Positions 1 to 8,864 of a DNA stretch of 64,000 nucleotides are shown one piece after another. The notes beneath the pieces were generated by a model, which saw only the letters and a list, made by a program, of their open reading frames with translations, searched no databases and was not told the DNA's origin. A program made the translations under genes and the position numbers. The stretch's first letter is position 1. Each line of letters begins with the position of its first letter. Origin of the DNA: a virus. The DNA is taken from the IMG/VR virus record IMGVR_UViG_3300021139_000002, positions 1 through 64,000 of that record. The stretch is one strand, 5' to 3'.

Positions 1-1
1 G

Positions 2-229
2 GCGCAGGCTATTGTCGAAGGTCGAGAGTACGATACTCGTATTAGTATTCCACTAGATATTCCAAATGATGAACTGCTCAAATATATGATAATGGCACAT
101 GAGCGTGGAATGACTTTTAACGACTATGTCGAAGAAGCACTCAAATATGCTATCGAAGAACACAAGCGTGACCCAGAAGCATTTAAGACAAGAACGGAAA
201 CATGGAAAGCTGATCATGACAATGCCTGA
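2..229 (+). CDS. 3' part of a hypothetical protein, truncated by window edge; possible ribbon-helix-helix-like C-terminus
   Basis: Open frame from base 2 (…DTRISIPLDIPNDELLKYMIMAHERGMTFNDYVEEALK…) to TGA 227-229; read by hand. Confidence 0.6.
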   Translation, partial: AQAIVEGREYDTRISIPLDIPNDELLKYMIMAHERGMTFNDYVEEALKYAIEEHKRDPEAFKTRTETWKADHDNA

Positions 230-479
230 TGAAAGGTACCGTGCTGTAATATGGGCATCGAATTTTTTAGGAGATATTGCTAACAATCCTAAAAAATATC
301 CCAGGATTCCTAAAACAATTAGACAAGAGGCCTGGAGCATATTACGACATTATCCAAGTGATTGGGAAATGAGTCGAGTTGCCGAAAAAGTCCCAGAGGT
401 ATTCCAAGAAAGAATGGAACCTTTGTATAAGATGGTTAAACAATACAAACAGGATAAAGAAAATGAAACAGGAACTTGA
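216..479 (+). CDS. Conserved small phage protein (BPSL0761-like)
   Basis: MTMPDERYRAV…IRQEAWSILRHYP pattern; ATG 216 overlaps the end of the upstream ORF. Confidence 0.6.
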   Translation: MTMPDERYRAVIWASNFLGDIANNPKKYPRIPKTIRQEAWSILRHYPSDWEMSRVAEKVPEVFQERMEPLYKMVKQYKQDKENETGT

Positions 480-894
480 CGAATACCTATGCAAGGTCTA
501 TCCAAAGATATTTGCCAATAGGCACAAGGATATGACCGAGACAGCAATGTGTTGGGGTTTTGACTGCGGCGATGGTTGGTTTCAAATACTTAACCAACTC
601 TGCAATAATATTCAACATCACATCAATTGGAAGAACAAAGACGGTGAAGTTGTGGCACAAGTTGTAGCAGACCAAGTTAAGGAAAAATTTGGCACACTAC
701 GGTTTTACTACACCGGTGGTGATGAATATATTTCCGGTCTTGTAAGTATGGCAGAAAGCATGAGTGGGGTCACTTGCGAAGATTGCGGTGCGCCGGGCGA
801 AACTGGTGGCGGTGGTTGGATTACTACTCTATGCAAAACCCATCGTGAAGGACGAGCTCAAAAAAGAGCAGAAATGTTTAAGGAAGTATCATGA
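463..894 (+). CDS. Conserved hypothetical phage protein with C-terminal Zn-ribbon
   Basis: CGDGW, QVKEKFGTLRFY and CEDCG…TLC..H motifs; ATG 463. Confidence 0.7.
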   Translation: MKQELDEYLCKVYPKIFANRHKDMTETAMCWGFDCGDGWFQILNQLCNNIQHHINWKNKDGEVVAQVVADQVKEKFGTLRFYYTGGDEYISGLVSMAESMSGVTCEDCGAPGETGGGGWITTLCKTHREGRAQKRAEMFKEVS

Positions 895-1313
895 AAATCG
901 GACTTAGTTATAGTCGCTGTGTTAGAGACATTATCGATGGCAAGGTAGACCTTGAGGATGTGCTACTTATTATTTCTCGTACAGATTTTAATCCAAATGT
1001 AGATACAGAATGGGATGGTATTTGGTCAGGTTATCACGGCTATAGTCCATGGAGTAATCCTGAATGGGTCAACTATGAGGACGAGGACGAAGAAAAGTTT
1101 CGCAAAATTAGTATCGAACTTTATGCGTCTGGTAGACTACATCAACCTCGCCAATTTGGCGCACACCCAAAACGACTACCGTATTACTGGCTCGAAGCAA
1201 GTCTACCGGCAGAAGAATTAGAATCTAATCCGTCTGTTAAACGAGCATGGGAACAATTTCAAATTGTTGCCGGGTTGTCAAATCCAACACCTGTTTTGAA
1301 AGACAACTTCTAA
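891..1313 (+). CDS. Hypothetical protein
   Basis: 140-aa ORF with ATGA overlap to upstream gene. Confidence 0.7.
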   Translation: MKIGLSYSRCVRDIIDGKVDLEDVLLIISRTDFNPNVDTEWDGIWSGYHGYSPWSNPEWVNYEDEDEEKFRKISIELYASGRLHQPRQFGAHPKRLPYYWLEASLPAEELESNPSVKRAWEQFQIVAGLSNPTPVLKDNF

Positions 1314-1564
1314 TGAAAATCTTATCATTCATCAAATGGCATATTCGTAAACTAACATTAGATATGTGTCTATGGATGGTGTTTTGTTTTTGTGTATCTT
1401 CTTGGGCAAGTTCAAAAAATGAAACAATGTTCCAAATTGCGGCATTGATTTTCCTTTACGGTTTCTGTAAAATTACTTGGAGCCTTGTAAAAGAATCTTA
1501 CAAGACGTTTGAAGAAGAACAGCAAAGTCTATTTGACACAATTAAAAACTCTGATAAAAAATAA
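1313..1564 (+). CDS. Small membrane protein (2 TM)
   Basis: TAATG coupling at 1311-1315; two hydrophobic segments. Confidence 0.6.
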   Translation: MKILSFIKWHIRKLTLDMCLWMVFCFCVSSWASSKNETMFQIAALIFLYGFCKITWSLVKESYKTFEEEQQSLFDTIKNSDKK

Positions 1565-1572
1565 GGAAAACT

Positions 1573-2193
1573 ATGTTAGTACCAATGGTAATTGAGAAAA
1601 CCGGACAAGGCGAACGTGCCTTTGATATTTTTAGCCGGTTGTTAAATGAACGCATCGTGTTCCTAAATGGACCAGTTGATGATCATAGTGCTCACTTGAT
1701 TGTGGCACAACTATTACATCTTGAAAGTCAAGATGCAGAAAAGGACATCAACTTTTATATCAATAGTCCCGGTGGACTAGTTACAGCTGGTCTAAGCATC
1801 TATGATGTTATGCAGTTTGTTAAACCAGATGTCGCTACCTATGTTATGGGTCAGGCGGCTAGTATGGGTTCATTCCTTGCACAAGCAGGTGCCAAGGGTA
1901 AACGATTTGTTTTGCCAGAATCACGTACAATGATTCACCGTGTTAGCTCAGGTACTCCGGGAACTAAAGGTTCAGTCCATGTACAAGAATTACAATTCGA
2001 AGATGCAAAACGCACATACGAAGAAAGTCAACGTATCAATCGACGACTAACTGAGCTCTATGTCAAACATAATACAGCAGGCAAGAGTTACGAAGACATG
2101 TTTGAAACAATGAAGTTTGATACATTCTTGAGTGCAGAAGAAGCAGTTGCATTCGGACTTGCAGATAAAGTTGTAGAAAATCGACCTGCATAA
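1573..2193 (+). CDS. clpP: ATP-dependent Clp protease proteolytic subunit
   Basis: [23 protein letters not shown] (catalytic Ser), MIH, D.FLSAEEA..FGL.D. Confidence 0.97.
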   Translation: MLVPMVIEKTGQGERAFDIFSRLLNERIVFLNGPVDDHSAHLIVAQLLHLESQDAEKDINFYINSPGGLVTAGLSIYDVMQFVKPDVATYVMGQAASMGSFLAQAGAKGKRFVLPESRTMIHRVSSGTPGTKGSVHVQELQFEDAKRTYEESQRINRRLTELYVKHNTAGKSYEDMFETMKFDTFLSAEEAVAFGLADKVVENRPA

Positions 2194-2210
2194 TAAACTA
2201 CTGACAAAAA

Positions 2211-2250
2211 TCTCCCACTAGGTGTAGTAAATAATTACACTTATGGGAGA
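2211..2250 (+). promoter_or_regulatory. RBS-sequestering hairpin containing TAAATA late promoter
   Basis: TCTCCCA…GTGTAG / TTACAC…TGGGAGA arms; TAAATA 2228-2233 at the apex; SD (GGGAG) in the 3' arm. Confidence 0.6.
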
Positions 2251-2256
2251 ATCATT

Positions 2257-2424
2257 ATGGCATACACATTAATAATCTTAAGCATTACAGGCATCGGTAG
2301 TATATGGGTATTGAAAAGCCTACACCACGAGTGTAAAGCAAGAGAAAAAGAAAAAAGTATAGTCAGTTTTTTAGCAGAAGAGATTAAAAAACTTCGCAAA
2401 GATGTTAACGATTTGAAAAAATAA
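2257..2424 (+). CDS. Small protein with N-terminal TM and coiled coil
   Basis: Hand-translated MAYTLIILSITGIGSIWVLK…KKLRKDVNDLKK (55 aa) after GGGAG SD. Confidence 0.6.
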   Translation: MAYTLIILSITGIGSIWVLKSLHHECKAREKEKSIVSFLAEEIKKLRKDVNDLKK

Positions 2425-2428
2425 CTGC

Positions 2429-2457
2429 TTGACATTTTTTAACTTAAATAGTATTAT
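2429..2457 (+). promoter_or_regulatory. Sigma70-type promoter with nested TAAATA late motif
   Basis: TTGACA-17nt-TATTAT; TAAATA at 2445-2450. Confidence 0.7.
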
Positions 2458-2465
2458 AATCACAC

Positions 2466-2520
2466 AGCGGCCTTTTACGTCATTCAACCCGCTTTATAAA
2501 TTCTGCATGTCGTCAAACTT
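2466..2520 (+). ncRNA. Candidate cis-regulatory pseudoknot (preQ1-I riboswitch-like) in queD leader
   Basis: Stem AGCGG/CCGCT followed by TTATAAA; loop TTTACGTCAT partly complementary to downstream ATGTCGTCAAA. Confidence 0.4.
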
Positions 2521-2544
2521 GCTCATACAAAAAGGAGACTAGAG

Positions 2545-3051
2545 ATGGCAAATTTACAACCAGTACAATATAAGTATACTTCAACAAAAGAATATCACGA
2601 TGCATTTCCATGTGCATACCGCCAATGGCGTGCCGATAGCCATTGCAATCTAATTCATGGCTATTCGTTTAGTATGAAGTTTTACTTTGGAACCAACGAC
2701 CTTGATGTTCGTAATTGGGCGGCTGACTACGGCGGTTTAAAAGAACTTAAAAAGATTTTAGAAGACCAATTCGATCATACACTTATTGTAGCCGCGGATG
2801 ATCCAGAGATGGCGACATTTAAAATGCTACAAGAAAAGAACATGGCCAAGATTGTAGTCTTGCCTAGAATTGGATGTGAAGGTCTTAGTGACATGCTATA
2901 CAAGTATGTAAATGGCGTTTACATTCCCGAAATGTGGGGACCAGGTGAAGCGGCTAGACTTTGGTGCTACCGTGTAGAAGTACGTGAAACACAATCAAAT
3001 ATGGCTTATTGTGAAGGTCACAGAGAATGGAATGAGGATCTATTTGCGTAA
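2545..3051 (+). CDS. queD: 6-carboxy-5,6,7,8-tetrahydropterin synthase (QueD/PTPS family)
   Basis: CNLIHGY motif, DYGGLK…FDH, VEVRET; AAGGAG SD. Confidence 0.85.
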   Translation: MANLQPVQYKYTSTKEYHDAFPCAYRQWRADSHCNLIHGYSFSMKFYFGTNDLDVRNWAADYGGLKELKKILEDQFDHTLIVAADDPEMATFKMLQEKNMAKIVVLPRIGCEGLSDMLYKYVNGVYIPEMWGPGEAARLWCYRVEVRETQSNMAYCEGHREWNEDLFA

Positions 3052-3202
3052 AATTTGGCGCCTTTGGGCAAAAGCACTAGGAGAGAAGGCAGGCAGCACA
3101 GATCAAGAATCCGATCGTGTTGCTTGTATCCGGACCTGTATTGTGCTATCATATATTATAACGAACTGCTTTATCATAGCAGGCGTTGTTAGGCATTGGT
3201 AA
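3032..3202 (+). CDS. Small conserved phage membrane protein
   Basis: WRLWAKALGEKAG…ITNCFIIAGVVRHW. Confidence 0.65.
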   Translation: MRIYLRKIWRLWAKALGEKAGSTDQESDRVACIRTCIVLSYIITNCFIIAGVVRHW

Positions 3203-3205
3203 ACT

Positions 3206-3355
3206 ATGAAAGATAAAGATTGGTTAGACAAAATTAGTGTTGCTTATAAATCGTTTCCTTACCCAAATATAAACATTGAATTTTTTATACTTTGGCTCTA
3301 TAGGCAATACGGAATTGTTCCTCCTGAAGAACGAAAGAAAAAGGATAAAGAATGA
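3206..3355 (+). CDS. Small hypothetical protein
   Basis: Hand-translated 49-aa ORF filling the gap; ATGA overlap with the next gene. Confidence 0.5.
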   Translation: MKDKDWLDKISVAYKSFPYPNINIEFFILWLYRQYGIVPPEERKKKDKE

Positions 3356-4287
3356 AAAAGATTTTAGTAACAGGTGGCGCTGGCTTCTTAGGAAGTCATC
3401 TCTGCGAACGTTTAGTTAAAGAAGGGCACCATGTACTTTGTGTTGATAATTATTTTACAGGTAGTAAAAAGAATATTGAACACCTGCTCGACTATAAAAA
3501 CTTCGAAGTTATTAGACAAGATATTTGTTTACCATTGTATGTTGAAGTAGACAAAATTTATAATCTTGCTTGTCCAGCAAGTCCATATTACTATCAATGG
3601 GATCCAATCCAAACGATGAAGACCAGTGTTATTGGTTCTTATAATATGCTAGGATTAGCAAAACGCACCGGTGCTAAGATTCTACAAGCATCAACTAGTG
3701 AATGCTACGGTGATCCAACCGTACATCCACAGCCAGAATCATATTGGGGTAATGTAAACCCAATCGGTATTCGTAGTTGCTATGATGAAGGCAAACGTGC
3801 CGCAGAAACGTTATTCATGGACTACTATCGCACACACAATGTTAAGGCCAAAATTGTCCGTATTTTCAACACATATGGACCTAAAATGTCACAAAATGAC
3901 GGCAGAGTTGTCAGTAATTTTGTGGTTCAAGCACTACAAGGCAAAGACATTACTATCTACGGAGACGGTATGCAAACCCGTAGTTTCTGTTATGTCGATG
4001 ATCTTTTGGATGCTATGCAGGCACACATGAATCATCCAGATGACAATTTCATTGGACCTGTTAACATTGGTAATCCAGGAGAGTTCACCATGTGGGAATT
4101 AGCACACAAGGTAATTGAGCTAACTAATAGTAAGAGTCAACTCCTACAGATGCCTCTTCCTCAAGATGATCCAAAACAACGTCGCCCGGATATTACATTA
4201 GCAAAGAAAATGCTCAACTGGGAACCTAAAATTAATTTGGAACAAGGTTTAATTAAAACTATAGATTATTTCCGTACCGTGGTATAA
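3352..4287 (+). CDS. UDP-glucuronate decarboxylase (UDP-xylose synthase, extended SDR)
   Basis: [42 protein letters not shown]. Confidence 0.92.
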   Translation: MKKILVTGGAGFLGSHLCERLVKEGHHVLCVDNYFTGSKKNIEHLLDYKNFEVIRQDICLPLYVEVDKIYNLACPASPYYYQWDPIQTMKTSVIGSYNMLGLAKRTGAKILQASTSECYGDPTVHPQPESYWGNVNPIGIRSCYDEGKRAAETLFMDYYRTHNVKAKIVRIFNTYGPKMSQNDGRVVSNFVVQALQGKDITIYGDGMQTRSFCYVDDLLDAMQAHMNHPDDNFIGPVNIGNPGEFTMWELAHKVIELTNSKSQLLQMPLPQDDPKQRRPDITLAKKMLNWEPKINLEQGLIKTIDYFRTVV

Positions 4288-5105
4288 TGAAATTTAGAAT
4301 TAATAATAAAGAAACGTTTTTTAATCAATTTGTTGCGTTAAAAATAACGTATCTTCTATGCGGCATATACTCTTTAGCAACACTACCTATAGAGTATTGG
4401 TACTATCCTATTATAGGTTATGTATGCCTTGCCTCATCTTATATTATTAGTCATGCATACTTTGGACACGAACAATATCAAGTTAACAAGATAGGAAAAA
4501 TTGTACTGGCATTTATAACAACAATCGGTGCAGTTAGTCCTGTTATATTCTGGAAATCCCTACACTGGTATCATCACACCTATCCTGATACTGAAAAGGA
4601 TATCCATAGTCCTAAGACAGGATTTTTAAATTCTTTTATTCTATGGTATTATAAGGCATCTAGTTTTGATAAAGTCATGGTCGATAAAAGAACCGTTGCT
4701 GTATATCTGCGAGCAATGAAGGATCCTGTTATAGCATTTTTCTCAAAATATACGGTGGCCATTAACCTTGTCTTTGTTTTAATATTGCTTTTAATAAATT
4801 GGCATATTCTAATGTATGTATATTTTGCAGGATATGTCCTCGATCATATCAGAAGTGGACTTGTTAATTCTGTATGCCATATGAAATTCCCTGGTAATTA
4901 TAGGAATTTTAATACAAACGATGATAGCCAAAATAATCTATTAATAGGTATAGTCTCGTTTGGATTTAGTTGGCACAATAACCATCATGCGCTCCCGCAA
5001 CAATTAGATACAAAAGTAAAATGGTGGGAATGGGATATGCAATATTATTTGGGCAGATTAATCATGGCAATCTTCCCCGTTGACAAAAATGAAAAACAAG
5101 TGTAA
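4287..5105 (+). CDS. Membrane fatty-acid desaturase (delta-9-like)
   Basis: His boxes HAYFGH, HWYHH, HNNHH; DIHSP; TM segments. Confidence 0.85.
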   Translation: MKFRINNKETFFNQFVALKITYLLCGIYSLATLPIEYWYYPIIGYVCLASSYIISHAYFGHEQYQVNKIGKIVLAFITTIGAVSPVIFWKSLHWYHHTYPDTEKDIHSPKTGFLNSFILWYYKASSFDKVMVDKRTVAVYLRAMKDPVIAFFSKYTVAINLVFVLILLLINWHILMYVYFAGYVLDHIRSGLVNSVCHMKFPGNYRNFNTNDDSQNNLLIGIVSFGFSWHNNHHALPQQLDTKVKWWEWDMQYYLGRLIMAIFPVDKNEKQV

Positions 5106-5108
5106 AAT
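5080..5108 (+). promoter_or_regulatory. Sigma70-type promoter, probably driving a leaderless mRNA
   Basis: TTGACA-17-TAAAAT; ATG 5115 lies 7 nt after the -10 box. Confidence 0.7.
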
Positions 5109-5114
5109 ATACAC

Positions 5115-5345
5115 ATGACAACATTCGAAGTAGGCAATATTTTATCGACTCCGGTATTATCTATATCCGAACCACCAAAAAATAACATTACTTTTAATGT
5201 AGGTCCATCGGAAATGTTAAAGGTAACTGAAGATGGATTTTATGTTAAAGGTGTAAAGGTAGAAGCTGACGAAAAAGAAGCAGCCTCTGTGTACAAGGCT
5301 TTTAAAGCATTTTTAGTTTATCATGCACTCACAAGGAATATTTAA
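5115..5345 (+). CDS. Hypothetical protein
   Basis: 76-aa ORF directly after promoter. Confidence 0.65.
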   Translation: MTTFEVGNILSTPVLSISEPPKNNITFNVGPSEMLKVTEDGFYVKGVKVEADEKEAASVYKAFKAFLVYHALTRNI

Positions 5346-5521
5346 TGAGTAATTTTCGTAATTGGTACGTTCGCAACCAGGATGTGATCACAGGATTTGT
5401 TATCGGTTGGTGTACATTTGCAGGCATCAATGATTTGACCCAGGGACAATATATTTGGGCCGGAGTCAATTTTGTCCTTGCATATCTCAACTACAAACTG
5501 CAAGATTTCAGACTGCAATGA
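5345..5521 (+). CDS. Small membrane protein
   Basis: Hand-translated MSNFRNWYVRNQDVITGFVIGW… (58 aa); TAATG and ATGA couplings on either side. Confidence 0.6.
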   Translation: MSNFRNWYVRNQDVITGFVIGWCTFAGINDLTQGQYIWAGVNFVLAYLNYKLQDFRLQ

Positions 5522-5688
5522 CAACTTGGACCGTAATCATCGACGAAGCAGATGACGGCAGTGGTGATTTAATAATGCCGTTACCTCAAGACCTTCTAGA
5601 CCTCCAAGGTTGGAAAGAAGGTGATGTGTTAGAATGGATTGACAACAACAACGGCACATGGAGCCTCAAGAAAGTTAAAAATGGATAA
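5518..5688 (+). CDS. AbrB/MazE-like swapped-hairpin protein
   Basis: GDLIMPLPQDLL…GWKEGDVLEW pattern. Confidence 0.65.
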   Translation: MTTWTVIIDEADDGSGDLIMPLPQDLLDLQGWKEGDVLEWIDNNNGTWSLKKVKNG

Positions 5689-5691
5689 AAT

Positions 5692-6723
5692 ATGGTAATA
5701 AAACGTCTGGGATTCGCGTGTAAGTGGATTGATCATGCAGGTCAGGTTGACGGCATCAAACCCAATGACGATGCTAAACAATACAATACCGGCTCCACTA
5801 CCGTTGCATGGTTAAATAGACAAACAAAAGATGTAGCAGAACAAAAGCTATGGGACCTAATGGTAGCCAATATCGAGTCTGTTCGAAAACTTGTCGATCG
5901 TGTAGGAGCACTTGATGAAAATCTTAGAATGGTACGACTCGGTAGCGATATCCTACCTGTCTATACTCAGTCAGATTGGAGCTGGTTTTGGCGGCTTCCC
6001 GATACTAGAGCATATTGCGAAAAAGGATTTAGAGCCGTGGGAGATCTGGCTCGTGAGAGGGGCGTTAGGCTCTCTTTTCATCCTGGGCAGTTTTGCGTGT
6101 TGGCATCTGATAACCCAGATATTGTAGATCGTAGCATAGAGGAGTTTGAATATCATGCAGATATGGCCAGGTACATGGGATACGGTAAGTCGTTTCAGGA
6201 CTTTAAAATCAACGTCCACATTGCGGGTAGAGCCGGTACAGAAGGCGTCCGACAAGCCTACAAAAGACTCTCGCCCGAAGCAAGAAATTGTATCACAATC
6301 GAAAACGAGGAAATAAGTTATGGCTTGGATGATTGCCTTGAGTTGGCTGATGTCGTTCCTATCGTATTGGATATTCATCACCATTGGTGTAAGACAGGAG
6401 AATACATCTCCGCCATGGACCCCCGTGTTGATCGGGTCATTCAGTCTTGGCGTGGGGTTCGCCCTACTTGCCACTATTCTGTTAGTCGCGAAGATTGTCT
6501 TGTCGGTCATGACCCTATGATTCCACCTAACAAGGCTCAATTGTTACAAGAAGGTTATAAATTGCAAAAGCTCAGAGCACATTCTAACTTCTACTGGAAT
6601 ACAGCAGTAAATGAATGGGCACTGAGCTTTCTACACAGATTCGATATTATGGCCGAATCTAAAGCCAAAAATTTAGCCAGCTTTGAACTGGCTAAACAGG
6701 CAAAAAGATTAAACCTTATTTGA
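5692..6723 (+). CDS. uvsE: UV-damage endonuclease (UvsE/UvdE)
   Basis: LGFAC, RLSFHPGQF.VL.S, INVH, IENEE, LDIHHH, RAHS. Confidence 0.92.
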   Translation: MVIKRLGFACKWIDHAGQVDGIKPNDDAKQYNTGSTTVAWLNRQTKDVAEQKLWDLMVANIESVRKLVDRVGALDENLRMVRLGSDILPVYTQSDWSWFWRLPDTRAYCEKGFRAVGDLARERGVRLSFHPGQFCVLASDNPDIVDRSIEEFEYHADMARYMGYGKSFQDFKINVHIAGRAGTEGVRQAYKRLSPEARNCITIENEEISYGLDDCLELADVVPIVLDIHHHWCKTGEYISAMDPRVDRVIQSWRGVRPTCHYSVSREDCLVGHDPMIPPNKAQLLQEGYKLQKLRAHSNFYWNTAVNEWALSFLHRFDIMAESKAKNLASFELAKQAKRLNLI

Positions 6724-7056
6724 TCTAGGTGTCTTTGCTTTAATTGCCGCTGCCTTTTTAGGGGCGGCTTTTTTTGCGACTGGTTTAGCGGCCGGCTTTT
6801 CTGCTTTAGGAGCACGTGGTTTACGTGGCTTCTTAGCAGGAGCTGGTGTTTCTTCAACATCAGGAGCTAATGATGGAGCTACTGGTGCAACTTCAGGAAC
6901 AGGTTCTTGAACAACAGGTGTTTCTGGAACTGCTAAAACAGGTGTTTCTACTTTGTACGGTGCAGCCGTTTCTGGATCAGCTGGTTTGTTATTTCTTGTC
7001 TTAACTAACAAATAAGCAAGAGCACCAATGACCACAAGAGCAATAATAAATTCCAT
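6709..7056 (-). CDS. Membrane-anchored protein with Pro-rich linker and Lys/Ala-rich histone-like tail
   Basis: N-terminal TM; KKPRKPRAPKAEKPAAKPVAKKAAPKK; minus-strand TAAATA at 7087-7092. Confidence 0.8.
   Translation of the reverse strand: MEFIIALVVIGALAYLLVKTRNNKPADPETAAPYKVETPVLAVPETPVVQEPVPEVAPVAPSLAPDVEETPAPAKKPRKPRAPKAEKPAAKPVAKKAAPKKAAAIKAKTPRSNKV
6746..6775 (+). terminator. Probable intrinsic terminator embedded in the antisense gene
   Basis: GCCGC…GCGGC stem followed by T7, just downstream of the uvsE stop. Confidence 0.45.
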
Positions 7057-7187
7057 TTTAAGGATTCCTTTATAAAAATGTGCTTATATTTAAGTCTCAC
7101 TAAATATCTATATAACAAAAAACGGAGGGCAATTTTACCGCTTTAACTAGGTAGATAACTACCAACACATTTATTTGGAGTAATGCA

Positions 7188-7412
7188 ATGCCCAACAGCA
7201 TCCAATCAGCAAACATACTCGTAGATGAGTACGATGCACAAGACGACGAATCCGCAGAAGATTTTACTTTTATTTTACATTCAGATGGAAGTTTAAAATC
7301 TTTTTCAATACCACAGCACTTAATGAGTGATATACCCGAAGAAGCAAAAATGATTTTAGAACTATTCGGTATAGACGATGTACAGGAACTAACAAACAGA
7401 GTACTACACTAA
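7188..7412 (+). CDS. Small acidic hypothetical protein
   Basis: 74-aa ORF, GGAG SD, TAAATA at 7101. Confidence 0.65.
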   Translation: MPNSIQSANILVDEYDAQDDESAEDFTFILHSDGSLKSFSIPQHLMSDIPEEAKMILELFGIDDVQELTNRVLH

Positions 7413-7414
7413 CG

Positions 7415-7468
7415 CCTTTGATAAAACTACTTTTTAAGGTAAATACACGATTAGCAGTTTTATCAAGG
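7415..7468 (+). promoter_or_regulatory. RBS-sequestering hairpin with TAAATA late promoter in loop
   Basis: TTGATAAAACT / AGTTTTATCAA(GG) arms; TAAATA 7440-7445. Confidence 0.65.
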
Positions 7469-7475
7469 AAGATAC

Positions 7476-8801
7476 ATGCCTTTACGTCCTCCCGAATTCA
7501 TCAATGGTATTGAATTAGGAACAATTTTATCCGGCGAAAAACATTACATGCCACTTACGGCATATGATCCAGATCCTCTGGCAGGTCCTATAATCTATTC
7601 TACTAATAGTAGTCTCCCTGGAAACCTACAACTTGACCCAACTACCGGATACCTATACGGATATCTATCAACACAAACTGAATATCTAAAACATTACACT
7701 ATTACCGTTAAAGCAACCAAGCATCAAAGAATAACCAATGCTCAAGTAACTGCCACAAATACATTTACACTAACGGTTTTAGGAAGGAATCAAAACAAAA
7801 TATCTTGGGTAACTCCTGCAAATTTAGGAAATATAGAAGAAGGTATTACCAGCGAGTTATCAGTAGTTGCAACACAAACTAGCGTAACTAGCAATTTAAA
7901 ATACAAATTAGTTCCAGACAATTCTTTACCGAGAGGTTTGTCGTTATCCACATCAACAGGTGATATTATTGGGTACGCAACTACAAGTGGAAACTTTTCT
8001 TTTACGGTGCTGGCAAGTACTGCAACATACGGTGATTCGATAATAACTGCTACCACTGCAATGTACGCATTTGCTACACAAACATTTAATTTAAATATAA
8101 TTCCTGTATCAACTGAATACACTAGCATTTATGTAAAACCGTTTTTAACACCGTCACAGAATCAAGAATGGACTAACTTTATCACTAGCTCTAGCATCTT
8201 TCTACCAGAATTACTTTACAGAGCAGACGATCCTGCATTCGGTGTACAAACAGAATTGAAAATGTTTTTAGAATTTGGAATAGAACGTCTTAATATTGCA
8301 GAATATGTTCCAGCACTTGCACAGCATTTTTATATGAGACGCTTAGGATTTGGATCTGTTAAAACTGCAATTGCCAAAGATAGCAATGGCAATCATGTGT
8401 ACGATGCAGTTTATGTAGATATTATTGACGATCTCGAAGGAGCAAAATCAGCAGTTAGTATAAATGGCAACGTTTATTACCCAGGGAGCATAAACAATAT
8501 GCGTAACGCTTTAGAATCGTTGACTTTAGGTGACGGTTCTACTATCAAAATAGATCCCAAACATTTACCAAGATTTATGCAAACCGTTCAAAGTGGTTCG
8601 CAAAATAACAATGCATACATAAAAGCTGTTATTTTATGCTATACATTACCTGGACAGGCAACCAAAATTACCAATAGAATACGTGCTTCTAAATTTAACT
8701 TCCAAGACATAAACTTTATAATAGATCGTTTGGTTGTTCAAAATAGCCTAGATCAAGACGGTGCAACATATTTGGTATTCAACAAACGATCGATAAATTA
8801 A
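7476..8801 (+). CDS. Virion structural protein with putative Ig-like repeats
   Basis: LPGNLQLDPTTGYLYG and LPRGLSLSTSTGDIIG He_PIG-like repeats; late promoter. Confidence 0.7.
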   Translation: MPLRPPEFINGIELGTILSGEKHYMPLTAYDPDPLAGPIIYSTNSSLPGNLQLDPTTGYLYGYLSTQTEYLKHYTITVKATKHQRITNAQVTATNTFTLTVLGRNQNKISWVTPANLGNIEEGITSELSVVATQTSVTSNLKYKLVPDNSLPRGLSLSTSTGDIIGYATTSGNFSFTVLASTATYGDSIITATTAMYAFATQTFNLNIIPVSTEYTSIYVKPFLTPSQNQEWTNFITSSSIFLPELLYRADDPAFGVQTELKMFLEFGIERLNIAEYVPALAQHFYMRRLGFGSVKTAIAKDSNGNHVYDAVYVDIIDDLEGAKSAVSINGNVYYPGSINNMRNALESLTLGDGSTIKIDPKHLPRFMQTVQSGSQNNNAYIKAVILCYTLPGQATKITNRIRASKFNFQDINFIIDRLVVQNSLDQDGATYLVFNKRSIN

Positions 8802-8864
8802 AAAAATAACAGCAGAATTTATATTGAATAAATAATAGAACGCATAAGTTATGGAGTCTTTTAG

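Noticed and set aside
7122-7163. Small hairpins (GGTAG-ATAA-CTACC) in the 7.1-kb intergenic region as an ncRNA
   Set aside because: Too short and weak to support without comparative data
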